A stretch of 64,000 nt of DNA from an uncultured Pelagibacteraceae bacterium (lineage in GTDB: Bacteria; Pseudomonadota; Alphaproteobacteria; Pelagibacterales; Pelagibacteraceae): assembly GCA_902579605.1 (NCBI GenBank), contig CACHHD010000002.1:22442-86441 (forward strand). Direction: 5' to 3'. This document shows, piece after piece, positions 52,416 through 61,586 of this stretch. Position 1 is the stretch's first letter. Each line of letters starts with the position of its first letter. The notes under the pieces were generated by a model. It was not told the DNA's origin. It worked only from the letters and a program-made list of their open reading frames with translations, and made no database searches. The position numbers and the translations under genes were made by a program.

Positions 52416-54181
52416 TATACTAAAATCTTTCCTTCATCTGAAATTTCTTCCTCTTCCTCCGGCCCTAAAATCATTTGATTATGTGGTTTACCAGAAGGTA
52501 TCATCGGAAAACAATTTTCAGCTTTATCAACTAAACAATCAAAAATTACAGGTCTATCTATATTAACCATTTCTTTTATCTTTTCATCAAGTTCATCAGG
52601 AGTTTTTGCTCTCATACCAACACATCCATATGACTCAGCAAGCTTTACAAAGTCAGGAAGTGCAGCGGTATAACTTTCAGAATAGTTTTTTTCATGTAAC
52701 AATTCTTGCCATTGTCTAACCATTCCCATGTATTCATTGTTTAAAATGAATATTTTAATTGGTAACTTATATTGCACTGCTGTAGACATTTCTTGCATCG
52801 TCATCAAAACTGAAGCTTCTCCAGCTATATCAACTACTAATTTGCCAGGATTGGCTATTTGAACACCAATTGCTGCTGGCAAACCATATCCCATAGTGCC
52901 TAATCCTCCAGATGTCATCCATCTATTAGGTTGATTAAATTTATAATGTTGTGCGGCCCACATCTGATGTTGACCAACCTCAGTTGTAACAAATGTGTCC
53001 TTATCTTTCGTTAATTCATATAGCCTTTGGACCGCGTGTTGAGGTTTTATTATTTTGTCACTATTAATGAAATTCAGAGATTTTTTTTCTCTCCACTTTT
53101 CAATTGTACTCCACCACTTCGAGGTTTTCTGTTTGTTAGAATTCAAAAAATTTTTATTTTTTTCTTTAAACCTTTTTATTAAAGATTTTAAAAATTCTGA
53201 AACATCGCTCACTATAGCTAAATCAACTTTAATATTTTTGCCAATAGATGAAGGATCGATATCTACATGAATTTTTTTTGATCGAGGAGAAAATTCATCT
53301 ACCTTTCCTGTTATTCTGTCATCAAATCTTGCTCCAATGTTGATCATTAAATCACAGTCATGCATTGCATTATTAGCTTCGAATGTTCCGTGCATTCCTA
53401 ACATTCCTAAAAATTGCGGATCATCCCCAGGGTATGCTCCAAGTCCTTGCAAAGTTGAAGTTATTGGAAAACCTGTTAGAGAAATAAGCTCTCTTAAATA
53501 TTTGCTTGCGTCAGGGCCCGAGTTGATAACTCCTCCCCCTGTATAAAAAATTGGTTTCGATGATTTTTTCAATAAATTGATAAATTTATCCAATTCATTA
53601 TTAGAAATTTTATGTGTAGCTCTACCATTAATTTTTTTCATAAGAGTGCTTTTGTTAAAACTATATTTTCCTTTTTTAAATTGTATATCTTTAGGAATAT
53701 CAACTAAGACAGGACCAGGTCTACCTGTTGTAGCTACTTCAAAAGCTAGATGTAAAACTCTTGCGAGATCATTTACATCTTTTACTAACCAATTATGTTT
53801 TGTACAAGGCCGAGTGATACCAGTAGTATCACACTCCTGAAAAGCATCTGTCCCTATGAGATGTGTTGGAACTTGACCAGAAATACAAACTAAAGGAACT
53901 GAGTCCATATATGCGTCTGTCAAAGCTGTAACTGCATTTGTTGCACCTGGTCCGGATGTGACAAGCAAGATACCTGGTTTGCCACTTGATCTAGCATAAC
54001 CTTCTGCAGCATGACCTGCTCCTTGCTCATGTCTTGCTAAAATATGTTTAATCGTTTTATGATTTTTGAGTTCATCGTAAATTGGAAGGACTGCACCCCC
54101 AGGATAGCCAAAAATGTATTCAACATTTTGGTCCTCTAAAGATTTAAAAACTATTTCTGCACCAGTAAATAATTTTGGCAT
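52415..54181 (-). CDS. ilvB: Acetolactate synthase large subunit
   Basis: FGYPGGAVLP, RHEQGAGH, TSGPGATN, GMHG and SGGLGTMG motifs. Confidence 0.95.
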
Positions 54182-54187
54182 TTATAC

Positions 54188-54215
54188 AATCTACCGGAGA
54201 ATCCACTTTGGTCAA
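54188..54215 (-). promoter_or_regulatory. Putative sigma70 promoter giving a leaderless ilvB mRNA
   Basis: Minus strand reads TTGACC-N16-TAGATT-GTATAA-ATG with no Shine-Dalgarno. Confidence 0.5.
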
Positions 54216-54218
54216 GTT

Positions 54219-55136
54219 TTAGCTAACAAGATTTAAAATTTTTTTTATGAGAATGGAAGATTTACTAGAATATATCATATGCCAATCACTCATATGCGCT
54301 CTGGACCAAGTTTTTTGTCTCTTAGCATACTGTCTCGTTTTAATATTCATTAATTCTAGGAGATTTTTTTGGTCCAAATCTCCACTCAAAAATCTTTGAA
54401 TTTCTTGGACTCCAATTATCTTATTGGGTGATAATGATTTTTTTAGCCTTTTTTTCTTAAACCTTATGACTTCATTAATACATTTTTTTTCAATCATAGA
54501 ATTAGTTCTCAACTCAATATTTTTAAGTAGTTGTTTTTTTGGCGTATTAATAAAAAATTTTTTAAATGCATAATTTTTAAATAAGGGTCTTGTTTTTTTT
54601 GCCCATTGATAAATTGATTTTTTTGTAAATATTTTAACCTCATATGCTCTAAGTGATCTTTGAGTGTCAGATGGGGAAATTTTATTTTTTGAAATAGGAT
54701 CTAATTTTATTAATTTTTCAAAAAATTTTTTTTGACCTAATTTTTTATGTAAATTTCTTATTCTATTTCTATCGGAAAATTTTATGTTTGGAATTTTACT
54801 TATACCATCAGTTATTGCCTTAAAATAAAGACCAGTTCCCCCTACTAGTATTGGCACTTTACCCTTTTTAACTATTTGATTAATTTTATCTGCAGCAAGT
54901 TCAAGCCATTTACCTGTAGAAAAAATAACGCTAGCAGATTGAAATCCATATAAATGATGTTTTGCTAATTTTGTTTCATCTTTACTTGGTCTAGACGATA
55001 AAATTTCAAAATCTTTATATACCTGCATGCTGTCTGCATTTATAATCTCACCATTAACTCTTTTAGCTAGTTTAATTGCTATTTTTGTTTTACCTGATGC
55101 AGTTGGACCAGCTAATAAAATAATTTTTTTTTTCAA
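54219..55136 (-). CDS. miaA: tRNA dimethylallyltransferase
   Basis: GPTASGKT, INADSMQVY, VGGTGLY and TRQYAKRQ.TW motifs. Confidence 0.95.
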   Translation of the reverse strand: MKKKIILLAGPTASGKTKIAIKLAKRVNGEIINADSMQVYKDFEILSSRPSKDETKLAKHHLYGFQSASVIFSTGKWLELAADKINQIVKKGKVPILVGGTGLYFKAITDGISKIPNIKFSDRNRIRNLHKKLGQKKFFEKLIKLDPISKNKISPSDTQRSLRAYEVKIFTKKSIYQWAKKTRPLFKNYAFKKFFINTPKKQLLKNIELRTNSMIEKKCINEVIRFKKKRLKKSLSPNKIIGVQEIQRFLSGDLDQKNLLELMNIKTRQYAKRQKTWSRAHMSDWHMIYSSKSSILIKKILNLVS

Positions 55137-55138
55137 AA

Positions 55139-56554
55139 CTATTTAAGTTTTACACCAAGGTATCTACGTTGATTATTATTGTTGATAATTGTTAGATATA
55201 AAGGTTGTCCTTTATCTTTAACTTTTTTAATTAAATTATCTAAGTTATCAATTTTTTGTATCGGTTTTTTTTGAATTTCAATTATCACATCATTTACATT
55301 TAATAAACCTGCTACAGGACTTCTCTTCGATATCTCTACGATGACTGCTCCCTTTAAACTTTTATTTAAATTTCTTGTTTTAATATCATCTGAGTTTAAA
55401 TCTCTTACAGTTATTTTTAATGTGTTTACATCTAATTCTTTGGTTTTTTTCGGCAACTCAGCCTTCTTTTCTTTAAATTCACTTGAAGACTCAAGTCTGC
55501 CTAGAGTAAGTCTCTTATCGATCATCTTTTTATTTCTCCAAATTTTTAGCGTAACACTTTTTCCAACCTCAGTACTTGCAACCACCTTCGGAAGTTTTCT
55601 CATTGTATCAATTTTTTTTCCATCAAACTCAAGAATTATATCTCCAGCTTTTATGCCAGCTTTATCTGCTGGACTTTTCTCTCCAACACTTGCAACTAGT
55701 GCTCCAGATGGTTTTTTTAAATTTTCTACTTCTGCTATTTCTTTGGTTACTTCCTGAATTCTAACTCCAAGCCAACCTCTTCTTGTTTCACCATATTTTA
55801 TTAATTGATCAATAATGTTTGAAGCAGCATTTGCTGGAATTGCAAAACCAATTCCTATTGATCCAGCTTGACCAGGAGCAATTATAGCTGTGTTAATTCC
55901 AATTACTTCACCCTTTAAATTAAAAAGAGGACCTCCTGAGTTTCCCTGATTTATAGATGCATCAGTTTGAATAAAATCATCATAACGTGTTAAATTAATA
56001 TCTCTATTTCTTGCTGAAATAATTCCTGAAGTTACAGTTCCACCTAATCCAAAAGGATTTCCTATTGCCACAACCCAGTCTCCAACTCTTGCTTTATCAG
56101 AGTCTCCAAACTCCACAACTTCAAAATCATTTTTGTTATCTTTAATTTTTAAAACAGCAACATCTGCGTAAGGATCTGAGCCTAAAACTTCTGCTTTATA
56201 TTCCTTATCGCCAATCCGCACGATAATATCCTCAGCATTAGCAATAACATGATTATTAGTTACTACTATACCTTCTTTTTTAATAATGAAACCTGATCCT
56301 AAAGAGGAAGCTTTTCGCTCTGTTGGTCTTTGAAATTCTTTAAACATATCTTCAAAAGGTGATCCCGGAGGAAATTGGAAAGGAAATTGATTATTATTTG
56401 TTGTACGAATTGTTTGTGTAGTTGAAATGTTGACGACAGATGGCATAAGTTTTTCAGCTAAATCGGCAAAAGAGTCTGGTCTAGTATTAGCATTTAAATT
56501 GCTAGAATAAGATGTAATTATAAAAAATATTATTAACTTTTTAAGTATTTTCAT
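55139..56554 (-). CDS. degP: Do/DegP family periplasmic serine protease
   Basis: TNNHV, IQTDASIN.GNSGG motifs and two PDZ domains. Confidence 0.92.
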   Translation of the reverse strand: MKILKKLIIFFIITSYSSNLNANTRPDSFADLAEKLMPSVVNISTTQTIRTTNNNQFPFQFPPGSPFEDMFKEFQRPTERKASSLGSGFIIKKEGIVVTNNHVIANAEDIIVRIGDKEYKAEVLGSDPYADVAVLKIKDNKNDFEVVEFGDSDKARVGDWVVAIGNPFGLGGTVTSGIISARNRDINLTRYDDFIQTDASINQGNSGGPLFNLKGEVIGINTAIIAPGQAGSIGIGFAIPANAASNIIDQLIKYGETRRGWLGVRIQEVTKEIAEVENLKKPSGALVASVGEKSPADKAGIKAGDIILEFDGKKIDTMRKLPKVVASTEVGKSVTLKIWRNKKMIDKRLTLGRLESSSEFKEKKAELPKKTKELDVNTLKITVRDLNSDDIKTRNLNKSLKGAVIVEISKRSPVAGLLNVNDVIIEIQKKPIQKIDNLDNLIKKVKDKGQPLYLTIINNNNQRRYLGVKLK

Positions 56555-56740
56555 TTAGTTTTTCATATACCAAATTATAACAAATCCAAAAAATAAGAAA
56601 AAAATACCTGAATATCTTAACTTATTTGCAGGCATAGTCTCTATTATTTTTAACATATTTTTTATTCTTGACGGAAACATGGCAAGTAAAAGTCCCTCTA
56701 TAAAAAAAAGTAATCCTATAGCCGTAATAAGATCACTCAT
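56555..56740 (-). CDS. DUF2065 (YjeT-like) small membrane protein
   Basis: IEGL...FP...LR..G motif; usual position after hflC. Confidence 0.85.
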   Translation of the reverse strand: MSDLITAIGLLFFIEGLLLAMFPSRIKNMLKIIETMPANKLRYSGIFFLFFGFVIIWYMKN

Positions 56741-56748
56741 ATTTTAGA

Positions 56749-57621
56749 TTAGTTTTTTTTGATCAGACCAGATTTTCCAAAAAATTTAAAGAAATCACTG
56801 TCTGGTGAAAGTATTAGAGATGTATCCCCGCCTATAAGAGACTTTTCATAAGATTGCATTGCTCTGTAAAAACTGAAAAATTGTGGGTCCTTACCAAAAG
56901 CATCTGCAAATATTTTGTTTCTTTGGCCATCTCCTTCACCTTTCATGATTTCAGATTTTTTCTTAGCATTTGCTAGAATTACTGTTACTTCTTTATCGGC
57001 TGTAGATTTAATTCTTGTAGCTATCTCAGCTCCTTGTGCTCTAAATTCCTTCGCTTCTCTCTGTCTTTCAGTTTGCATTCTTGCATAAATAGCTTCACTA
57101 TTTGCCTGTGGTAAATCTGCTCTTTTAATTCGAACATCCACTATTTCTATTCCAAAATTTTTAGCTTCAATGTTAACATCGTTTTGGATTATAGACATTT
57201 GTTTTGCTCTATCTTTTGACAATAGAGTAGCAAGTTCTTGTTTACCTAAAACCCCTCTTATTCTTGAATTGATAATAGTTGCAAGTCTTTGTCTAGCAAC
57301 TCTTTCATTACCAACAGAAATATAAAACTTTAGTGGATCAACTATTTTAAATCTAGCAATTGCATCAACTATTAATCTTTTTTGATCTGCGGCTATAACT
57401 TCTTCCGGCGGGTTATCTAAATTTAAAACTCTCTTGTCTAAGTATGCAACATTTTGGATAAACGGCAATTTAAAGTTTAAACCTGATTTATTTACAATTT
57501 TTTTTGGGTCACCAAATTGTAGAACAATAGCCTGGTTGATCTCTTGTACGATAAAAATTGATTGAAAGGCAGTTATTCCTAAAACAACAATAAATGGTAT
57601 AAAAAATTTAGATATTTTCAT
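56749..57621 (-). CDS. hflC: FtsH modulator HflC
   Basis: SPFH domain; VDVRIKRADLP, RM.TER.REA motifs. Confidence 0.95.
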   Translation of the reverse strand: MKISKFFIPFIVVLGITAFQSIFIVQEINQAIVLQFGDPKKIVNKSGLNFKLPFIQNVAYLDKRVLNLDNPPEEVIAADQKRLIVDAIARFKIVDPLKFYISVGNERVARQRLATIINSRIRGVLGKQELATLLSKDRAKQMSIIQNDVNIEAKNFGIEIVDVRIKRADLPQANSEAIYARMQTERQREAKEFRAQGAEIATRIKSTADKEVTVILANAKKKSEIMKGEGDGQRNKIFADAFGKDPQFFSFYRAMQSYEKSLIGGDTSLILSPDSDFFKFFGKSGLIKKN

Positions 57622-58724
57622 TAACTACCGCTCTTCTTTTTAATTTCTGGTAAAGGTAAGTAAGGCACAACTCCAGATCCAGACTCTTTATCAATAATAA
57701 CTTTATCTATATCAGCCAAAACTTTTTCCATGGTCTCGAGAAACATTCTTTCTTGAGTTACTTGTTTGGCATTTTTGTACTCACCATAAATAGCTAAAAA
57801 TCTAGAAGCTTCACCCTCAGCAGTTGCTACAACTTCTTTTTTATATGCTTCAGCTTCTTGTAGTATTTTTTCTGCATCTCCCCGCGCTCTCGGTATTACG
57901 TCATTAGCATAAGCCTCAGCTTCATTTTTTGATCTTTCTTTGTCTGCTCTAGCTGCTTGTACATCTCTAAATGCATCGATTACCTGACTTGGTGGATCGG
58001 CTTTTTGTGTTTGTACTTGAGTGATTTGGATACCAGATCCATACTCATCTAAAATATTTTGAGTAATCTCTTGCACTTCAATTTCAATGTTAGACCGTCC
58101 TTCAGTTAAAATTGATTGGATTTCACTTTTTGCAATTACTTCTCTCATAGCTGTTTCGGAAGTAGCTTTTACAGTTTCAACAGGACTTTGAATATTGAAT
58201 AAAAATTTACCAGCATCTTTAATTACCCAGAAAACTGAATAATTAATATCTACAATATTTTCATCTCCAGTTAACATCAAGCTTTCTTCTGGAACCTCTC
58301 CAACGCCCGAGGATCTTCCACTATCGCTAGCTCCTCGAAAGCCAACATCTATTCTGTTAACTTTTGTTACTTTTGGCTTAAGAACTCTCTCAACTGGGAA
58401 AGGTAAATGATAGTTCAATCCAGGCTGTGTTGTGTTTACATACTTTCCAAATCTTAATACTACTCCTTGCTCGTCTGGTAGCACTCTGTAAAGACCGCTT
58501 AAAACCCAGATCACTAATAATATTATTAAACCCAAAATTATTGGTTTACCACCACCTGATTTTCCACCAGGCATAAATCTATTAATCTTGTTCTGAATAT
58601 TTCTTATAAGTTCATCAATATTTGGTGGTTCTCTTCTTGATCCTGAACCGTTTCCGTTTCCACCCGTAGGACCTGAAGACCCCCAAGGTGATTGATTTTT
58701 GAATATACTTCCTATTAAACTCAT
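57621..58724 (-). CDS. hflK: FtsH modulator HflK
   Basis: PWG N-terminus; MLTGDENIV and AFRDVQAA motifs. Confidence 0.95.
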   Translation of the reverse strand: MSLIGSIFKNQSPWGSSGPTGGNGNGSGSRREPPNIDELIRNIQNKINRFMPGGKSGGGKPIILGLIILLVIWVLSGLYRVLPDEQGVVLRFGKYVNTTQPGLNYHLPFPVERVLKPKVTKVNRIDVGFRGASDSGRSSGVGEVPEESLMLTGDENIVDINYSVFWVIKDAGKFLFNIQSPVETVKATSETAMREVIAKSEIQSILTEGRSNIEIEVQEITQNILDEYGSGIQITQVQTQKADPPSQVIDAFRDVQAARADKERSKNEAEAYANDVIPRARGDAEKILQEAEAYKKEVVATAEGEASRFLAIYGEYKNAKQVTQERMFLETMEKVLADIDKVIIDKESGSGVVPYLPLPEIKKKSGS

Positions 58725-58800
58725 GACACTTTATATAGTTACTTTTATTGTAAAAACAAGTTAAGTAATAGCGATATTATGACCGAAATACAGGAACATT

Positions 58801-59595
58801 ATGAGTAAAAAACCGCCACCTAAGCAATTCGTAAAGACACCAATTAATGGAACTAAGTTTACTTTACTTATTTCAAGTGCAAAGGGTGGAGTAGGTAAAT
58901 CTACAGTAGCGGTGAACCTTGCTTTTGCATTCAAAAATTTAGGATTAAAAATTGGTATTCTAGATGCAGATGTTTATGGTCCCTCACTTCCAAAATTGAT
59001 GAATATTATTGAAAAACCAGAAACTGAGGGCGGCAAAGCCATAGTACCAGTAGAAAAATATAATTCTCAATGTATGTCAATGGGATTTTTAGTAGATGAA
59101 CAAACACCAATGATATGGCGTGGCCCGATGGTAATAAGTGCAATTAAGACGATGACACAAAAAGTTTTGTGGAAAGAGAGAGACATTATTATAATAGATA
59201 TGCCGCCTGGAACTGGGGATACACAATTAACATTTGCTCAGGAAGTAAAAGTTGATGGAGCTATAATTGTTTCAACACCACAAGATTTAGCTTTATTAGA
59301 CGTAAAAAGAGGTATTCAAATGTTTGAAAAAACCGGAGTAAAAATTTTAGGCTTAATTGACAATATGAGCTTCTTTAAGGGAGATGACGGTAAAGAATAT
59401 AAAATATTTGGAGAAGGTGGTGTAGAGAAAACTGCTAAAGAATTTAACAAAGTGTTCTTAGGACACCTTCCTTTACATCAAGACTTGAGAAATTCGGCTG
59501 ATATTGGTAACCCACTTACTAATTCTCAGCCAGATCATGAAGTTTCAAAGTTATTTATAGATATTGCTAAAAAAATTAAACAATCTTTTCTTTAA
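58801..59595 (+). CDS. mrp: Mrp/ApbC/NBP35 Fe-S cluster carrier ATPase
   Basis: [30 protein letters not shown] and STPQ motifs. Confidence 0.92.
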   Translation: MSKKPPPKQFVKTPINGTKFTLLISSAKGGVGKSTVAVNLAFAFKNLGLKIGILDADVYGPSLPKLMNIIEKPETEGGKAIVPVEKYNSQCMSMGFLVDEQTPMIWRGPMVISAIKTMTQKVLWKERDIIIIDMPPGTGDTQLTFAQEVKVDGAIIVSTPQDLALLDVKRGIQMFEKTGVKILGLIDNMSFFKGDDGKEYKIFGEGGVEKTAKEFNKVFLGHLPLHQDLRNSADIGNPLTNSQPDHEVSKLFIDIAKKIKQSFL

Positions 59596-60523
59596 AATCA
59601 AAAGAACTCATAAGTTCATTCCATTCTCTTTTTGAAAGATTAGAACCTTCAAATGTAACTTTTTCACCTTTAGCCATTTTTTGAATAACTTTTTTACCTT
59701 TAGAGGAAACATGAACAGCACCAACCCTATAGTCTAAAAATGCTGAGTGAGTTATGGGCACCCATTTTTTTAGTGTCTCAAGCATAACATCTGCATAAAC
59801 CCTAATTTCATATTGAGCATGACTATCTGCTCTAAGAAATAAAAAATTTAACAAATTTAGTAGATCAGTTTTCCAATACCATTGAGTATATGAATTTAAA
59901 GTCAAATTCATTCTTGCTAACTCTCTCGCTAAGCCCGCTTTACTTTCATCAATGGTGGTTCCATCAAATCTTTCATTAAGCATTTTTTCATAGTTGTCAT
60001 AAGTTCTTGTGGCATCGTCTTTTAATATCTTTAAAACTTCATCAGCTTGGTCTCCAGTGATTAAGTCGCCTCTCCCCTGTCGATTAGAAATGGATTGAGC
60101 TGACAATTGTTCTTTGGCAGGAATATAAAATTCTTTATCTAATATTGAATATCTTGCAGAATATTCATTAACGTTTGCTGTTCTATGTCTTATCCATTGT
60201 CTTGCAATAAATATTGGAAGTTTAACATGATATTTAATTTCACACATCTCAAAAGGTGTTGAATGCCAGTGTCTCATTAAATATTTAATTAAACCTTCAT
60301 CTGTTGAAACTTTTTTTGTTCCTTTTCCATAAGAAACTCTAGCTGATTGCACTATTGATGTATCATCACCCATATAATCAACTACTCTTACAAAGCCATG
60401 GTCTAAAACAGGTAATGCTTCGTAAAGAATTTTTTCTAATTCTGGCGAAGTAACTCTTTTAGTCTGATTTTTTTGAGACTGTTGATCAGCTATTTCTTGC
60501 TTTTGTTCTTTTGTTAGTTTCAT
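59576..60523 (-). CDS. thyX: Flavin-dependent thymidylate synthase
   Basis: ARVSY, HSTPFE and [14 protein letters not shown] signature. Start set at ATG 60523 (MKLTKE) because the longer ORF overlaps the tmRNA. Confidence 0.95.
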   Translation of the reverse strand: MKLTKEQKQEIADQQSQKNQTKRVTSPELEKILYEALPVLDHGFVRVVDYMGDDTSIVQSARVSYGKGTKKVSTDEGLIKYLMRHWHSTPFEMCEIKYHVKLPIFIARQWIRHRTANVNEYSARYSILDKEFYIPAKEQLSAQSISNRQGRGDLITGDQADEVLKILKDDATRTYDNYEKMLNERFDGTTIDESKAGLARELARMNLTLNSYTQWYWKTDLLNLLNFLFLRADSHAQYEIRVYADVMLETLKKWVPITHSAFLDYRVGAVHVSSKGKKVIQKMAKGEKVTFEGSNLSKREWNELMSSFDFKEKIV

Positions 60524-60570
60524 TTTGAATAAAGTTATTGAATCTCTAAAAAAGAGTTTTATATTATAAA

Positions 60571-60829
60571 TGTTGGTTTTCCAACTATGACGATAAACGA
60601 ATCTCGTAATAAACATTGCGGACGTGGGGGCAGTACCCACCACCTCCACCATTTACAACTTGAGGGGGTGAATTAGGCTCGACGGGTGTCTAAAAGTTTT
60701 TCTTTCGTCCGAGATAGTTCCGACGTAACGGGCTAATTATAAATGCAAATAATAAATTTGCACTTGCTGCTTAATTAACTTGTTAATTAAGTGAACGGGG
60801 TTTGGGGCACCTGGCAACAGAACGCCCCT
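60571..60829 (+). ncRNA. ssrA: tmRNA, two-piece circularly permuted alphaproteobacterial type; tag (A)ANNKFALAA*
   Basis: Acceptor piece ends GTGGG-GGCAGTA-CCCAC-CACCTCC-ACCA (60651). After a 12-nt intervening segment the coding piece starts GGGGGTG (60664), pairing with CACCTCC and giving the G3:U70 Ala identity pair. Tag ORF 60745-60774. 3' GGGGC..CTG-GCAA-CAG..GCCCC stem. Upstream TTGAAT...TATATT promoter-like element. 5' end approximate. Confidence 0.93.
60805..60829 (+). repeat. 25-bp direct repeat copy 1 (attL-like; ssrA 3' end)
   Basis: GGGCACCTGGCAACAGAACGCCCCT, identical to 61311-61335. Confidence 0.95.
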
Positions 60830-60872
60830 GCGTATCGGCGTTAACACTTATTAATTCATAACTTTTTTAGCT

Positions 60873-60892
60873 TTGGGCACACATAGGACACA
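60873..60892 (+). repeat. Two arm-type-like repeats, 11-bp period
   Basis: TTGGGCACA (60873) and TAGGACACA (60884). Confidence 0.7.
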
Positions 60893-60907
60893 GTGAGAGA
60901 AGAAAAT

Positions 60908-61198
60908 TTATTTTTTTTTAAAGTTTAACTCAGCTCCTTCAAGATAATAACATCTCCAGCCGAAATTCAATGCTTTCAGATTATCATTTTTTGATAACCA
61001 TATTCTAGGGTATTCGCCTTTATAGTCTTTAATAACTTTATCTACTTTCCAGCCATCATAAACATATCGATATAAATCTTTTTCATCCGAACAATCTATC
61101 CAAGCTTGATCTTCTGGAATAAAGATTAACGCTAACGTGATTGCTATAAAGATTGGTAAGAAAATTGAATAGAAAAAATACTTAAAGATTTTAATCAC
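60908..61198 (-). CDS. Orphan membrane-anchored protein (cassette cargo)
   Basis: 96 aa, GTG start, N-terminal TM helix and a small soluble domain with two Cys; fills the cassette between the repeat clusters. Confidence 0.7.
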   Translation of the reverse strand: MIKIFKYFFYSIFLPIFIAITLALIFIPEDQAWIDCSDEKDLYRYVYDGWKVDKVIKDYKGEYPRIWLSKNDNLKALNFGWRCYYLEGAELNFKKK

Positions 61199-61219
61199 TA
61201 AACTTTTTTAATATTTAAC

Positions 61220-61250
61220 TTGGGCACAATTAGGGTCCAATTTGGACACA
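61220..61250 (+). repeat. Three arm-type-like repeats, 11-bp period
   Basis: TTGGGCACA (61220), TAGGGTCCA (61231) and TTGGACACA (61242); same motif and orientation as 60873-60892. Confidence 0.7.
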
Positions 61251-61310
61251 GCTGCCAAAGAAATTTGAGTATTTTAAACTCTAGAATTGTTGTATTACGT
61301 TAAAGGTTAA

Positions 61311-61335
61311 GGGCACCTGGCAACAGAACGCCCCT
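61311..61335 (+). repeat. 25-bp direct repeat copy 2 (attR-like displaced ssrA 3' fragment)
   Basis: GGGCACCTGGCAACAGAACGCCCCT followed by TTT. Confidence 0.95.
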
Positions 61336-61450
61336 TTTCAATTTAAATATTTATCAAGATTTTTTTCCTTAGCCGCAACTAAAATATTTTTGAAATAACC
61401 ACTCATATTCTCCATCAATATATTTGCCTCTATTTACGGTGCTAGTGGTA

Positions 61451-61490
61451 CACACTACCTCGCACTAGCTCACACTACTTCACACTATTT
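61451..61490 (+). repeat. Four tandem 10-bp repeats (consensus CACACTAnyT)
   Basis: CACACTACCT CGCACTAGCT CACACTACTT CACACTATTT. Confidence 0.85.
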
Positions 61491-61586
61491 ATGCGGATAA
61501 TTAAAATGTAATTTAATTAAATTTCCGTAAAGACTCATTAATTTAAGCACCAAACTAGGTACAAAACTAGAGGATATTTAGATAAA

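Larger units (their letters stand above)
60805..61335. mobile_element. Putative 506-bp non-autonomous integrative cassette at the ssrA 3' end
   Basis: Exact 25-bp flanking duplication of the tmRNA end, one ORF, phased arm-like repeats at both inner ends, no integrase inside. Confidence 0.75.

Noticed and set aside
60618-60651. Apparent tRNA or tRNA fragment ending in CCA
   Set aside because: There is no anticodon arm, and its acceptor partner GGGGGTG lies downstream; it is the acceptor piece of the permuted tmRNA.
60524-60652. 43-aa N-terminal extension of ThyX in the ORF track
   Set aside because: It is the antisense of the tmRNA acceptor piece and its promoter; the ThyX-like sequence begins at ATG 60523.
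60805-61490. CRISPR array interpretation of the repeats
   Set aside because: Only two 25-bp copies 506 bp apart, the 10-bp repeats have no spacers, and no cas genes are present.
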